Source of the DNA: Torpedo marmorata
Lineage: Eukaryota
DNA: 64,000 nucleotides
Reading direction: 5' to 3'
Assembly: GCA_977017645.1 (NCBI GenBank)
Contig: OZ360219.1
Coordinates: forward strand, 41,292,001-41,356,000
Shown here: one piece after another, positions 9,486 through 22,379 of the stretch
How positions within the stretch are numbered: position 1 is the stretch's first letter
Layout: each line of letters begins with the position of its first letter
The notes under the pieces: generated by a model
Seen by the model: the letters and a program-made list of their open reading frames with translations, nothing else
Database searches by the model: none
Told to the model about the DNA's origin: nothing
Made by a program: the position numbers and the translations under genes

Positions 9486-12329
9486 AACACTTTTTGTAAG
9501 AAATGCGATAGAGGGAGCTGACAGCAGTTGTGTTGTGTTTAATGCATGAATTAAAATTGTTTTCAATTTGTTGATGTAATCACAGAAATGTATCATTTAA
9601 TAGACGTGTTTATTCCTAACCATACAAGTATGTTTGTTTTTGGTCCAAATATGTTCAGAGCAAAAAATGTCCTTTGCAGATGCATGTCAAAACAGGTTGT
9701 TTTATTTGCAGCAGATTTCCAATTTGCCAAGCTTAATTGTGCGGTTTTGTGTATAAGTTTCGTTAAGAAGTACATAAGCCCTTTTTGGTGACTGACATAT
9801 ACCAACCTGTCTATTATCCAAGATTTTCATTTAATTTTTATTTGACTTACGTAATAACGTGTACAACAAAACAAACAACAATTTTTGAAAGGAGTTGTGA
9901 ACATGCATATTTAATAGAAAGGCAACAATTTGTTTTGAAATTAAAAGGCCGTTGTCTTATATAGTTTGCTGAAGCTTTGGGAATTCTCGGATTTGGGTTA
10001 ATAGTACAATAAGAAAGATTAGAGATGATCTGACTAATAACAATAGTATGTGAAATCATTTAAAATATAAAGACGATGGACATTTATGAATGAAAGATTT
10101 GTACAAATCTTTTCTGTGCTATGATCTTTGCTATAATATCAGTTCATTATTTGCATTTTTCTTTCATGTATCCTGATCTTATTGAATTCACTGAAACTTT
10201 TGTTTCTTTAATCCATTGTCATGCCATTCGCGGCCATTTTATCAATGTCCTTTTGGCCCCATACTAATTCAGTCTGACACATATTCCAATAACATTACCT
10301 CAATTCCAGTTTTAAAGCTGTATTTATTGCTGCACTTTTTGAAGTGCATCATTTAAAAATGGTTTCAACCCAAAACATCTAATAAATAAATAATGTGTAT
10401 GGCTACTCAGTAGTTGATTTCCCAGACTAGAAATCATTCCATCGGATACTGAACAGTCCACTATCAGAGAGGCCTGTCAGATAAATCTTATAGTAGCTGA
10501 ATTCATGTCCTGTAAATCACATGTTATTGTCTGAGCCTTCTGCCAGGTCATCTATTCTTTTCTCATTTATCAGAAGCGGATGCAGCACACTTAAAAAGGT
10601 AGCTTTAACGTGCTAGATTCCAGACAGACTAGGTGTCTTCGATGACAGTTGATCTGCCTTACAGTGAATGGTTTAAGATATTTCCTGAGACTAAAATTTT
10701 AAAAAAAATGCTGCACATGTTCAGCTTTGTGGGGGCACCAGGTTGATTGAGAACAGTATTTTGTTTTAGTTATTCACACAGAGCATGTACCTATCTTAAT
10801 ACTTTTAGCACCAATGTTAATACAATGGGTAGTTTAAATTATATGGATAATGTTACCATATTAAAGAGTCTTTTCATGAGATTGACTTGACTCGATGTGG
10901 TATATAAGTAGTGTGCAGTGAAGGCCTCAGAGCTACGTTGACCTTCGAGGATTGAAGTTTTAAAGATATAAATGTTTTATTGCTATCATTGTTTTTCTTT
11001 GCTACTGAAAAAAACGAAATGGTGGCATATACCTCCAGCCAAACTGACATCAGTTCAGCTATTTATATTAGTTGTGAGAGCATCTCAGGAAGGGAATCTT
11101 GCAGCACTTAATGCGGCATTTGCACTACAACTGCAGTAAGAATAAAGTTGCTGTGATAATTTGTAATTCAGATGTAACCTATGTTTGTTGATGAAGCAAC
11201 CTTGGTTGTGCAGAGGGAAGAGTAATGTCCAAATGTACCATGATAGATTAAGTGAATTGGCAGAGATGTAGCAGATGGAATTCAGTGTGGGAAATTGCAG
11301 ACATCCACATTGGACACAAGAAAGATATGTCCTCGTATTTTCTAAACTCAGAAGCTAGTGCCTCTGAAGAACTTGAGAACCTGAAATCATTAAAACATGT
11401 CCAAAATAAAGTTAAAAGGCTAATGCAGTCTCAGATCTTGTCTCAAGGGGCTGGAATATGTTGGAGAGTGAATTGTGTTACCACTACTTAAAGCTCTGGT
11501 TAGATCAGTTTAGTTTAGAAAGACAACACAAAAAAAAAGTTGTTAGTCCTTCTGACTCTTATAAAATGTTTGAAGGAAAATGGATGTTTTTGTTTTGAAA
11601 TTGGAAGTCATGTGCTGATGTTGAGCAATTATCATGGCTCTGAAAGTTTTATGCTCAGAAGGGAGCACTGTTGTTCCTTCTGCATTCATGTAGAAAATAA
11701 CTTTGAATTCATTCCATCTCTGGAAATCTGCTTTTGAGTGCCAAAAATATGTGGAAGATTTACTGGAGTGGGAGCTAGGTTATGTTGGATGTGCAGATGG
11801 AATTTATACAAATATTATTTTATTTAATGTTAATAATTAGAACGGAGAATTAGTGGTCACAGCAAAATAAGGTTGGGAACCTCTGTACCAGGGAAAAATT
11901 GCATTGAAAATATCGCCATATTATTCGTAAATACAAATCCTTGCAAATAGTGGTCAGTGAAGTGTGTTGAAATATATTTTCCTTCAAAATGTTCATATTC
12001 ATGTGCCTGGATTTGATATCTTTTCTTTCTCTGCTTTGGTTTTCAAAATTTTCCACCTGAAAAGATGAGTTTGGCAATCCGCTCCTCATTCTGTGGCATT
12101 TCTTAAATGTTGATTCTTATTTTTAATTCTTTTAATGAAAGACATTGTAATAATGCTGGTTATTCTACTCCTAATGGTAAGCACAGCTGTTGTTGGGCAA
12201 TCAGATATATAGCTCCAGCTGCCCCATGCCTCATTGCCAATCAGCTGTAGAGCCACGAATGTGAAAATTGGCAAACATTATTCCTAAACTGCACCAGTAA
12301 CTTCTAGCTAGAGGCAGCATCTATTAGTA

Positions 12330-12620
12330 GAATTATGAAGTCATGCAGCAAGTAATGTGCCCTTCAACCTAACTTGTCCATGCCAACCAATTTGGTATTC
12401 TGGGCTAGTCCCATTTGCCTGCATCTGTTCCACATCCTTCTAAGTCCTTCCTATCTATGTATCTGTTCAAATACCTTTTGAATGTTGTCATTGTTCCCGT
12501 TTCTTTAGCTTCCTCTGGCAGCTCAGTCCAGATACTGACTACACTCTTGAGTGAAGAAAATCACCTCTCAGGTCCCTCTTAGATCTCTCCCCTCTCACCT
12601 TAAACCTATGTCCTCTCATT
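12330..12620 (-). mobile_element. Old CR1 LINE 3' fragment
   Basis: Degenerate reverse complement of the CR1 3' region at 32070-32340. Confidence 0.6.
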
Positions 12621-12709
12621 CCAGTGCTATTGACAGCCTCAATGAAACTTGTCTGTTTAAGCAGGCTTCTGTGCGGTAGCCTTCAGATTATACTGGTTTC
12701 TTGTGGGAT

Positions 12710-13530
12710 CAGAATCAGGGAGAGCAGTATGATTGTAGAACAAGTTTGTTTATTGTCACATGTATCAAGAAAATGCAGTAGCAAAGGTTGTTTTTCAAAC
12801 ATACCAGTATACTCTCATACTTGGTACAAGTAAGACACAGTATGTAGGCGCAGAGCTATAAAGGGATATCAGTTGACATGGAACAAAGGCAGCGTAATTT
12901 TGCTATTTTGAGGTTCATTCAGGTGTCTGTTAAAGGCTGAAAAGAAGCTGTTCTTGAACCTGGAGGTGCGTGATCTCACACTTGTGAATGTTCTTCCAGA
13001 TGGAAGAGGAGATGAAGAGAGTGTGGCCAGGGTGAGATGAGTCTTTTAATATCTTGACTGCTTTTCCAAAGCAGCGGAAGTTTTAGATGGAGGGCAGGGG
13101 TTTGTGTTTGATGGACTGAGCCACATTTGCAATCTTCTGCCGTTTCTTGTGATCTACCCTGCTAGGATGTTTTTTTTATGGTGCACTTGTAGAAGTTGTT
13201 AAGGGTTGCAGGTGACATGCCTGATTTCCTCAGACTTCTAAGGAATTAGAGATGCTAGTGCTCTTTCTTGGGCATTGCATTGATGTGGGTGGAGCAGGAC
13301 AAGTCACCGGAGATGTTTATCCCTTTATCCCAGAACTTAAAGCTGTCTACTACCTCCACCTCAACAGTGTTGATGTGGACTGGGGAGTGAGCTCCGCCCC
13401 TCCTCCAGAAGCCAATGAACAGCTCTTTGGTGTTGCTGACATTGAGGGAGAGGTTGTTGTCCTGGCACCAACCCACGAGTCCTTCTATCTCTGTATTCCG
13501 CCTTGCCATTGTTTGAGATCCTGCCTATGA
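12710..13530 (-). mobile_element. Old Rex1/Babar-type LINE 3' fragment
   Basis: VGWCQDNNLSLNVSNTKELFIGFW...VDSFKF aligns with the Rex1 ORFs at 21031 and 32700. Has a gacaataaa tail. Confidence 0.7.
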
Positions 13531-13654
13531 CAATGTCATCATTAATTGATGGAGTCGACATTGAAGCACATGGGTGGACAGAGGCAGTGAATTTAGAATT
13601 TAGAGCAGTAATTGATCATGCCAATTGGTGTTCATTATTTACCAATTTTAAATA

Positions 13655-14714
13655 CCGTATATTTCGGCGTATAAGTCGAGCGGCAGATAAGTCGACCCCC
13701 CTTTTTCAGCCTCATTTTAATGGTTTTATGGTATATCCGGCGTATAAGTCGACCCTCAAAAATCGCGATGCCTGAGATGTTGCGCATTGACCGGCGTATA
13801 AGTCGACCCCCAATTTTCAGGCTGTCTGTGCCTCCCAGCAACAACCCAAAATTTGTTACAACATCCCAATCGCCAAGTAACAAAGCTGTAAATTAAGCAA
13901 GTACCGGTAAGTAAAAAAAACAGTAAAAGAAACCTTTGTTTCTGGCCGGGAAGATGCAGGTGCGGCGACGTCTTTCTCCCGAGCAGGAGCGGCGACGTCT
14001 TTCTCCCGAGCAGGAGCGGGGACATCTTTCTCCCGAGCAGGAGCGGGGAGCTCGTTCTCCCGAGCAGGAGCGGGGACGTCGTTCTCCCGGGTAGGAGCGG
14101 GGACGTCTTTCTCCCGGGTAGGAGCGGGGAGCTCGTTCTCCCAAGCAGGAGCAGGGAGCTCGTTCTCCCGAGCAGGAGCGGGGACGTCGTTCTCCCAGGT
14201 AGGAGCGGGGACGTCTTTCTCCCGGGTAGGAGCGGGGAGCTCGTTCTCCCGAGCAGGAGCGGGGACGTCTTTCTCCCGAGCAGGAGCGGGGAGCTCGTTC
14301 TCCCGAGCAGGAGCGGGGACGTCGTTCTCCCGGGTAGGAGCGGGGACATCGTTCTCCCGAGCAGGAGCGGGGAGCTCGTTCTCCTGGGTAGGAGCGGGAA
14401 CCTCGGGCTCTACAATTGTAGAATGTCTGGGTGGTTTATGGCGGCGCCCGGCGGTGGGGAGGTGTCGGGGAGCGGCGGCGCCGGCAGTGGGGAGGCGCTT
14501 CCAGGGTCGACCTATACGCCGAATCGTGTTTTCAGGGGTCGACTTATACGCCGAATCGTGTTTTCAGGGGTCGACTTATACGCCGAATCGGCGTGAACTC
14601 GATTTTGAGCTGATTTTAAGGTCTCAAAAGTATATCTGGGCGTATAAGTCGACCCCCGTTTTTTGAGACATTTTTGAGGGTTTCAAGGGTCGACTTATAC
14701 GCCGAAATATACGG
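13655..14714. mobile_element. Non-autonomous Tc1/mariner-superfamily DNA transposon (Tc2/pogo-like MITE)
   Basis: Perfect 25-bp TIRs CCGTATATTTCGGCGTATAAGTCGA, TA target duplication (13653-54, 14715-16), repeated subterminal TATAAGTCGACCC motifs, no transposase. Confidence 0.92.
13962..14400. repeat. 25-26 bp GC-rich minisatellite inside the MITE
   Basis: About 17 variants of cgttctcccgagcaggagcggggagct / ...ggggacgt. Confidence 0.92.
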
Positions 14715-15300
14715 TATTCACAGGGAGAATGCGCGTCTTACATTATGGCAAATAATTAAGCTCCTAATCCTATGTAAAACTTGTATCTGACTTACTGAAT
14801 CTTTATTAGTGGTGACTACTGTGGAGAATAAGAACATTTTTAAGGATGTAAACATTCAGAAGGCATTAAATAAGGTTCTGCATAAGAAATTATTCATGAA
14901 AATTCTTTGAATTGATATTTAGATTAGTAGGAGGTACACAGCACTGATCAAGAGACAAATCCCTTGAATTTATCTCTGACAAAAAAAAAATCTCTGATTG
15001 GTGAAAACTAATTGAATGTTATGTTTGTGAATGCTTTTAAAATCACATACACTTAAATACTCCCCAGAACAATTAAAAAGATAAAAAACATAAAGGCTGG
15101 GACTTTTGCGGAGAAACACATTTTAATCATCGTGGAAGTGGTGGCATCAGGATGAAAGCCATTATATATATTAGATATTTTAAGTTGGATATGCAGAAAC
15201 AGGAAGTTGTAGGTGACATGGGGTATAATGAACAAAAGTATAATTTGATTATTTGGAACTATTGTGGTGGGCAATTGAGTAATCAAATTATGGAAGAAGG

Positions 15301-16461
15301 TAGCTCCATGAATACCCTACCCCTGAGTGGAGGTGTGGACCAGTAGCTCCATGAATACCCTACCCCTGAGTGGAGGTGTGGACCAGTGGCTCCATGAATA
15401 CCCTACCCCTGAGTGGAGGTGTGGACCAGTGGCTCCATGAATACCCTACCCCTGAGTGGAGGTGTGGACCAGTGGCTCCATGAATACCCTACCCCTGAGT
15501 GGAGGTGTGGACCAGTGGCTCCATGAATACCCTACCCCTGAGTGGAGGTGTGGACCAGTGGCTCCATGAATACCCTACCCCTGAGTGGAGGTGTGGACCA
15601 GTGGCTCCATGAATACCCTACCCCTGAGTGGAGGTGTGGACCAGTGGCTCCATGAATACCCTACCCCTGAGTGGAGGTGTGGACCAGTGGCTCCATGAAT
15701 ACCCTACCCCTGAGTGGAGGTGTGGACCAGTGGCTCCATGAATACCCTACCCCTGAGTGGAGGTGTGGACCAGTGGCTCCATGAACACCCTACCCCTGAG
15801 TGGAGGTGTGGACCAGTGGTTCCATGAATACCCTACCCCTGAGTGGAGGTGTGGACCATTGGCTCCATGAACACCCTACACCTGAGTGGAGGTGTGGACC
15901 AGTGGCTCCATGAATACCCTACCCCTGAGTGGAGGTGTGGACCAGTAGCTCCATGAATACACTACCCCTGAGTGGAGGTGTGGACCATTGGCTCCATGAA
16001 TACCCTACCCCTGAGTGGAGGTGTGGACCATTGGCTCCATGAATACCCTACCCCTGAGTGGAGGTGTGGACCAGTGGTTCCATGAATACCCTACCCCTGA
16101 GTGGAGGTGTGGACCAGTAGCTCCATGAATACCCTACCCCTGAGTGGAGGTGTGGACCAGTGGCTCCATGAACACCCTACCCCTGAGTGGAGGTGTGGAC
16201 CAGTGGCTCCATGAATACCCTACCCCTGAGTGGAGGTGTGGACCAGTGGCTCCATGAATACCCTACCCCTGAGTGGAGGTGTGGACCAGTGGCTCCATGA
16301 ATACCCTACCCCTGAGTGGAGGTGTGGACCAGTAGCTCCATGAATACCCTACCCCTGAGTGGAGGTGTGGACCAGTGGTTCCATGAATACCCTACCCCTG
16401 AGTGGAGGTGTGGACCAGTGGTTCCATGAATACCCTACCCCTGAGTGGAGGTGTGGACCAG
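15301..16461. repeat. 43-bp minisatellite, 27 copies (t(a/g)gctccatgaataccctacccctgagtggaggtgtggaccag)
   Basis: 1161 bp = 27 x 43; near-identical units with no spacers. Confidence 0.97.
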
Positions 16462-18071
16462 TGTATGAGTGCAAAAGTTAAGGTTCTTGTCTTTGCAAAC
16501 AACAACTTCAAGGAGTGAAATCATATTACATCAGAATCTGAGTGAATATAATGCAAATTCAGTTGAATGTGACCAGAGCTTTAGTGTTTAAAATGAGGGT
16601 ATAACTTGTATGAACAGTGTGTGTTCATCTGATTGAGGTCTTTTTAATTAGTAATGTGATTCAATAGACATCATAAGGAGATATTTTTCCATTTTTGACT
16701 TTTTTATGCTCTGCTCTCACAGAAGACTGTCTTCAACCACTTCATTTAATTGCACATAATATGAAATGACTCAGAGCTCTGGACATGTATCAATCCACTG
16801 GCTATGACACGCTCTACCTATTATAATCAAAACTACAAAAAAATGAGGTGACTTAGTTATTCACCAGAGACTTGCTCAACTAATTTGGGGTTCTTGGTGC
16901 ATGCGAGCAATATTCTAAAAGCTAGCTAATTAACTGACCCGTGCTTTAGAATAGGTTTTTGATCAAATGTTCCTTCAAGGAGTTTTAATAAAATTGATTT
17001 CAGATGAAAAAATTGAGTCATATTTTGCAGAAAAGATGTTTGTGTTTGTTCAAGGCCAGTCATCCCAATTTCAGGGCAATAATGCAGGAATTCCAGAAGG
17101 TAAAGTCCACCTATTTTAAATTGCTTCACCAATTGTCTTCCCTTTAGATTATCGAAAACAGGCAGTCAGCACTTTGTGCAACATGCATTTGCAGTCTCCC
17201 AGCTAATGGAGTAGTTCATGTCTGCATGGAGCACTACTGGAAAACTTCCGCTCTTAGCTTGAGGAGTGGCAAACAACCTTCATGTCACACAAGCATCGTA
17301 TAATAACAGTTTCCAATATGAAAGCTTATACACTGCTCTTCACAATTATAATTTATTAATTGTTATCCTGGTGGATAACTGAGCACTAACTGGGAATTAC
17401 AATTAGATCTCCCATGGTCTTGAAAATTGTTTGTTTACCCACTGAATCATTTGTACAGTTAGGTAAATCTATTTTTATTTTATGAATATCTAAGTTTGAA
17501 ATTCTTATTGCGTCATATTACTCAGGAAAACAGGCATAAAATAAAGTAATTTGGAGAAACTAAATAAGAAATGTCAAGTATCTGAAGGCTTAACTTCCAA
17601 GAAAAGTTATTTAATCTGGAAAACATGCAATGCTGCTGTACTTATAAATAAGAAATTATTTGTTGTCAATGATTTATGTTGCTGGCTTTTTTAAAAGTAT
17701 ACTAGGCATTTCAGATGAAGTTTATTTTCCGTGGAAATTGTGGAAGACATCAGAAAAATTACGGTGCAGTGTCCATGTATCAGCTTCAATAAAGTTGCAA
17801 ATATTTCATTGCAACATTAACTGTACAAAAACATCATGAGCTAAAATTTTAACTTTGCCTTTTACAACAGTCCTATTAACCCAACAAGTTTTAAATTATT
17901 AAAATGTTCACTATTGAACCAAAACTGGATAAAATTGTTAGAAATAATCCATAGGTACTAAATGTTCCAAGTGAAATGCCACAGTGGGATGTTTGCAGCA
18001 TTAAGTTCAATGTCTGAAAGAGATGTTTTTCATATTCTTGAACATTTCAATCATTCTACATTGGTGGAAAA

Positions 18072-18270
18072 CACTTGCCTTTGTATAGTGCCTATCATGA
18101 TATCTGGTTCCCTAATCAAGTTTTATCATCGATGAAGTATTTTGAAGTGTAATCATTATTGTAATTTAGCAAACGTGGCAGCCAATTTACCCTCAACAAG
18201 GTCACACAGCAGCATCATTTTGACAAATGAATATATTTTAAAGTAGTTGAGGGAATCATTATTAGTTATG
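18072..18270 (-). mobile_element. Deu-domain SINE (SacSINE1/AmnSINE1-like), 3' part
   Basis: gatgaagtattttgaagtgtaatcattattgtaat...gtggcagccaattt matches the reverse complement of the Deu-SINE 3' region as I recall it, and matches the split copy at 39075/45937. Confidence 0.7.
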
Positions 18271-18429
18271 ATACTAAACAGTTACTTTTATTTTGAAGTC
18301 CCAAATCGTATTACCTGTCTTCAAATTTATTTTGGTGATAAGCGATATTCGTGTTAGCAAAAGAAATAAAGGTGTAATTATGAAAAAGAAAACAATCAAA
18401 TTAAAGGAGTGGAAAGCATCGTAAAGTGA

Positions 18430-18870
18430 AGATGATGATGATAATAGTGATAATGATGAGAGTGTATTGTCGTATGCATAACTGCAATGTACAGATGCAT
18501 CAAAATTCTTTCTTGCTGCATCCAAACACTAATGCCACACTAACTACAACTGTATCAATTAAATTATCGCAATATGCCAAGGCAGAAAAAGAGATAATAA
18601 ATATAAAAGGATAGATAAATAAATAAATATTCACAGTTGCAGTAATGCAAGAAAAGTGATATTTCAATAGCGCAGATAGAACTTTTGGTGGTCCAGAGTA
18701 GTTTATAGTTAGGGTAGTATGGAGAGGTTGAAGAACCTGATGGCTGTTGGGGAAAAGAAAACCTGTTCTTGAACCTAGAGTTGCTGGTCTTCAGGCATCT
18801 GTATATTCTGCCTGAAGGGAGCAGCAAGAAGAGATTGTGACCAGGGTGAGGGGATCCTTTATGATGTTGG
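18430..18870 (-). mobile_element. Old Rex1/Babar-type LINE 3' end
   Basis: LLPSGRIYRCLKTSNSRFKNRFSFP matches the Rex1 C-terminus ([24 protein letters not shown]). Tail is gacaata plus a trinucleotide repeat. Confidence 0.7.
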
Positions 18871-18879
18871 CTGAGGAAT

Positions 18880-19310
18880 AGTATAGAAAGAGGAACATAA
18901 AATAATGTAGTTTTAAAGTTGGAGCAAGACAGAGAAATCCAAGGGTGTTTTACCCCTGTCTATCATAACAAGTTGAAAAGGTTGTTATTAAAGTAAATGG
19001 GATCTTTGCTTTTGTGAAGATTGGCATAGAGCACAAAGTCGTTTAAAATCACCTTTAAGCCAGGGAGCCACATTTCAGGAACAATATCAAAACTTTAGAG
19101 AGGGTATAGAGTTAATTTACTGAAATGACTGGGGATGCAAGTAAAATTTTAGAAGGTAAGGATGTTTAATGAGAGAAATTTCACATTAAATGGTGGTTAA
19201 TAGAGGTGTTCAAATTATGAAGTGTTTTAATACATGGGGAGAAACTATTTCCACTGGCAGAAGAGTTGGTAACCAGGGGGTGCAGATTGAAGATGATTAG
19301 TAAAATCACA
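18880..19310 (+). mobile_element. Very decayed CR1 RT C-terminal fragment
   Basis: Patchy similarity to 31700-32100 (e.g. taatagaggtgttcaaattatga, accagggg). Confidence 0.5.
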
Positions 19311-19454
19311 TGCATAGATGCATATACAGAAATGACTAGAAGCATTTAAGTCTCATGGCTCAGTATGTACAATTACTTGTAAGTCAGCGAATCAACCCTC
19401 GTTCAGTGAAGAGTGCAGAAATCCATCCTGAAGCAGCAGTTTGGATTTCTAAAC

Positions 19455-19740
19455 TGGGTGGCACAGTGGTTGAGCAGGTAATTCCACTGTCTCACATTTC
19501 AGCCATTGGGTTCAATCTTGACCTCTTATGTGTAATTTGTAAGTTCTCTGCATGACCATGTGTGTACCCTCGAGTGCTCTGGTTTCCTCCCACTTCCTAA
19601 TGATGTATTGGTGGATTAAGTTGCTACTGCAAATTGCAGATGGCTGGTAGGAATATCAGAGCGAGGTGAGAATGGGAGAGAGGTGGTTGCAGGGAAATAA
19701 TTGAGGGAGTGGAACTGATGGCTTTCCTCTATTTTGTAAG
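19455..19740 (+). mobile_element. Old V-SINE
   Basis: ggtggcacagtggtt head, gggttcaatc B-box, and V-domain tgctctggtttcctcccac. Confidence 0.65.
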
Positions 19741-20429
19741 AAAATATGAGAAATCAGACTTCTCAGCTCACCACATTGAGAAGCATCTTACGTCAGCTCC
19801 AACTTTTGAACGTGCAGAGTACTAAAGTACCAATCAAATTACTTGTTGAAGTGTAGGAAATGCATATAATTGTACCTGTGACAGACCTGTAATTTGTTTA
19901 TTTTCTTTTTAAAATGTGCTTATGGGGGAATTCTTTCATTCCCTTTAATGTATACAGCTGTGCAATGTTAAGAGGACATTGACTGGGAAATAGTGCTGTC
20001 AAAGCTGAATTGCACACAAGTTCCATAATCTACATCCACCTGAGAATTGTTAAGTGCATGTATATACAACCTCTTTGCCAAGATTCATCTGACACATTCT
20101 CAATTAGAAGAGTGCATGTATTCAATCTACAGTATCTTATAGCATTAAGAGACAGTTTGACAGTTTAGTTTCTAAAATTAAGAAAGCACTGCATACTGAA
20201 CCAGCTCATTTTTGTTTGCCTTTTTATTATGAAGGATTAAACTGCAGTTTCTTAAAATCCAAAATGAAAACAGAAAAAGCTGGGGATACTCAGTAGACCA
20301 GGCAGTATTTGTGGAGAGAAAGAGTGAGTTTGTTGACATTTAAATCAGATGGGTCAATTTTATTGTTTGTTAGAGATATCCAGATGTTGAGAGGGAACCT
20401 AATGACAATTATCTATTTTAGTTGTATTT

Positions 20430-20920
20430 ATCCTTTGCCTTTATTAAAGCCAAAACTTTTAAGACAAATAATACCTCCAATGATCCAGCCTCCAGGACCC
20501 ACCTCATGGAGAATTCCAGAGATTCATCACCATCTATTAGTTCTTATCCACCTCAGTTTTAAATGACTGTACCTTGGAACCACCTCAATATCTATGTTCA
20601 TCAACCCTCATTCTTCTCAATTCCAAAGAGTCAGATTCAACCTCTTTAGCAGCTCCTCATGAGGACAACCCTTCATCCCAGGAATTAGTCTGGGGAATCT
20701 TTTTTGTATTGCCTCCAATGCAAGTATATCTTTTTTTAAATAATAGGACCAAACCTGTGCACAGTACTCTAGCTGTGGCCTCACCAACCCTCTGTACAAT
20801 TATAACAATCCTTATTCTAAACATGAAGCCCCCAGCACTGTAGGCTAATATGTCATTTGTTTTCTGAACTCCTTGCGACACCTGCCTGCTAAGTTTTTTT
20901 TTATTCATGCTCAAGAACAC
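20430..20920 (-). mobile_element. Old CR1 RT fragment (interrupted by the Rex1 copy at 20923)
   Basis: YRGLVRPQLEYCAQVWS...LEAIQKRFPRLIPGMKG is the CR1 ORF2 C-terminal motif. Confidence 0.75.
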
Positions 20921-20922
20921 CT

Positions 20923-21746
20923 GGCAGAATCACAAACGGCAATGAAGAAGCGTACAGGAGGGAGATAGATCAGCTCGTTGAATGGTGTAATGGCAACAAC
21001 CTTGAGCTCAACATCAGCAAAACCAAGGAGATGATTGTGGACTTCCGGAGGAAGTCAGGGGAACACGACCCAGTCCTCATCGAGAGCTCAGTAGTGGAGA
21101 GGGTCAAGAACTTCAAATTCCTGGGTGTCAACATCTCCGAGGATCTGTCCTGGAGCATCCACGTTGATGCAATCACAAAGAAGGCTCGTCAGCGGCTATA
21201 CTTTGTGAGGTGTTTGCGGAGATTCGGTATGTCACCAAAGACTCTCGTAAACTTCTACAGGTGTACCGTGGAGAGCATTCTGGCTGGTTGCATCACTGCC
21301 TGGTATGGAGGCGCCAACTCCCAGGACAAGAGTAAACTCCAGAAGGTTGTTAACTCGGCCTGTGACATCACAGGCACCAAACTTCACTCCATCGAGGACA
21401 TCTACATGAGGCGGTGTCTTAGAAAAGCAGCCTCTATCCTCAAGGACCCCCACCACCCAGGCCATGCCCTCTTCACTCTGCTTCCATCGGGGAAAAGGTA
21501 CAGGAGCCTAAAGACGAGCACTCAACGGCACAAGGACAGCTTCTTCCCCGCTGCCATCAGATTCCTGAATAATCAATGAACCAAAGACACTACCTTACTT
21601 TTCGTGCACTATTGTTTATAATTTTGTATAGTAATGTCGTTAGATGGTTAATATGAATGTTAATTGCACTATGATGCTGCCGCAAAACACCGAATTTCAT
21701 GACTTGTTCGTGACAATAAATTCTGATTCTGAAATTCTGATTCTGA
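20923..21746 (+). mobile_element. Rex1/Babar LINE, 5'-truncated, young
   Basis: Open ORF 21031-21579 ([10 protein letters not shown]...[14 protein letters not shown]...[13 protein letters not shown]) and a 3' tail gacaataaa(ttctga)n. Confidence 0.9.
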
Positions 21747-22379
21747 TCTCTCTACGCACATTTGCAATTTTTCTTCATTTGTGTAGGAGAGAAATTGCAA
21801 GTGTTTAGATAGACTCTGGTGCAGCTCTTTGTGCAGCTTGACTAATGCAGGAAAGCCATGTTCCAGGTGAGCTGATGTGCCTTTAAGCAGTAAATAATCT
21901 GGGCTCATGGGCTGGGAGATGGGTAATGGAATAATTTTGCTGATATGTATGGAAATAAGAATGACCATCGGAGATTCCTGATTATTTTTCATCAACAATT
22001 ATTCTTCTGCAAAACCACTACCAATAGTGATGGGTGACATTTCAGGGTTCTTAAGTAATACAATTAAACTGAAGAGTGAATGATTGCAAAATTTTTAATA
22101 TTTATAAATCCTCACAATGTACATTGCCACCCAGATTTGAATCATCAACAAACTTGGATAAAAACTGCAGCAAAAATAGAAAATGCTCGAAACACTCAGC
22201 AGCTCCGTTAATAGGTTGAAATGAAGTTCTGCTGAAGGTTCTTTGATTTGAATCATTAACTCTTTTTCTCTTTCCACAGATCCTGCCTGAACTGCTGAGT
22301 GTTCCCAGCATTTTCTGTTTTTATTTCAGATTTGTGCAGTTTTTTCATTTTCATTTACTGTTGGAAACATTGCGGTTGC

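Noticed and set aside
13756-14349. 197-aa SPLLLGR-repeat ORF
   Set aside because: Translation of the minisatellite inside the MITE.
15301-16461. Possible CRISPR array or tandem snoRNA cluster
   Set aside because: Units are head-to-tail with no unique spacers, there are no cas genes and the context is eukaryotic. There is no proper RTGATGA C box and the unit is too short.
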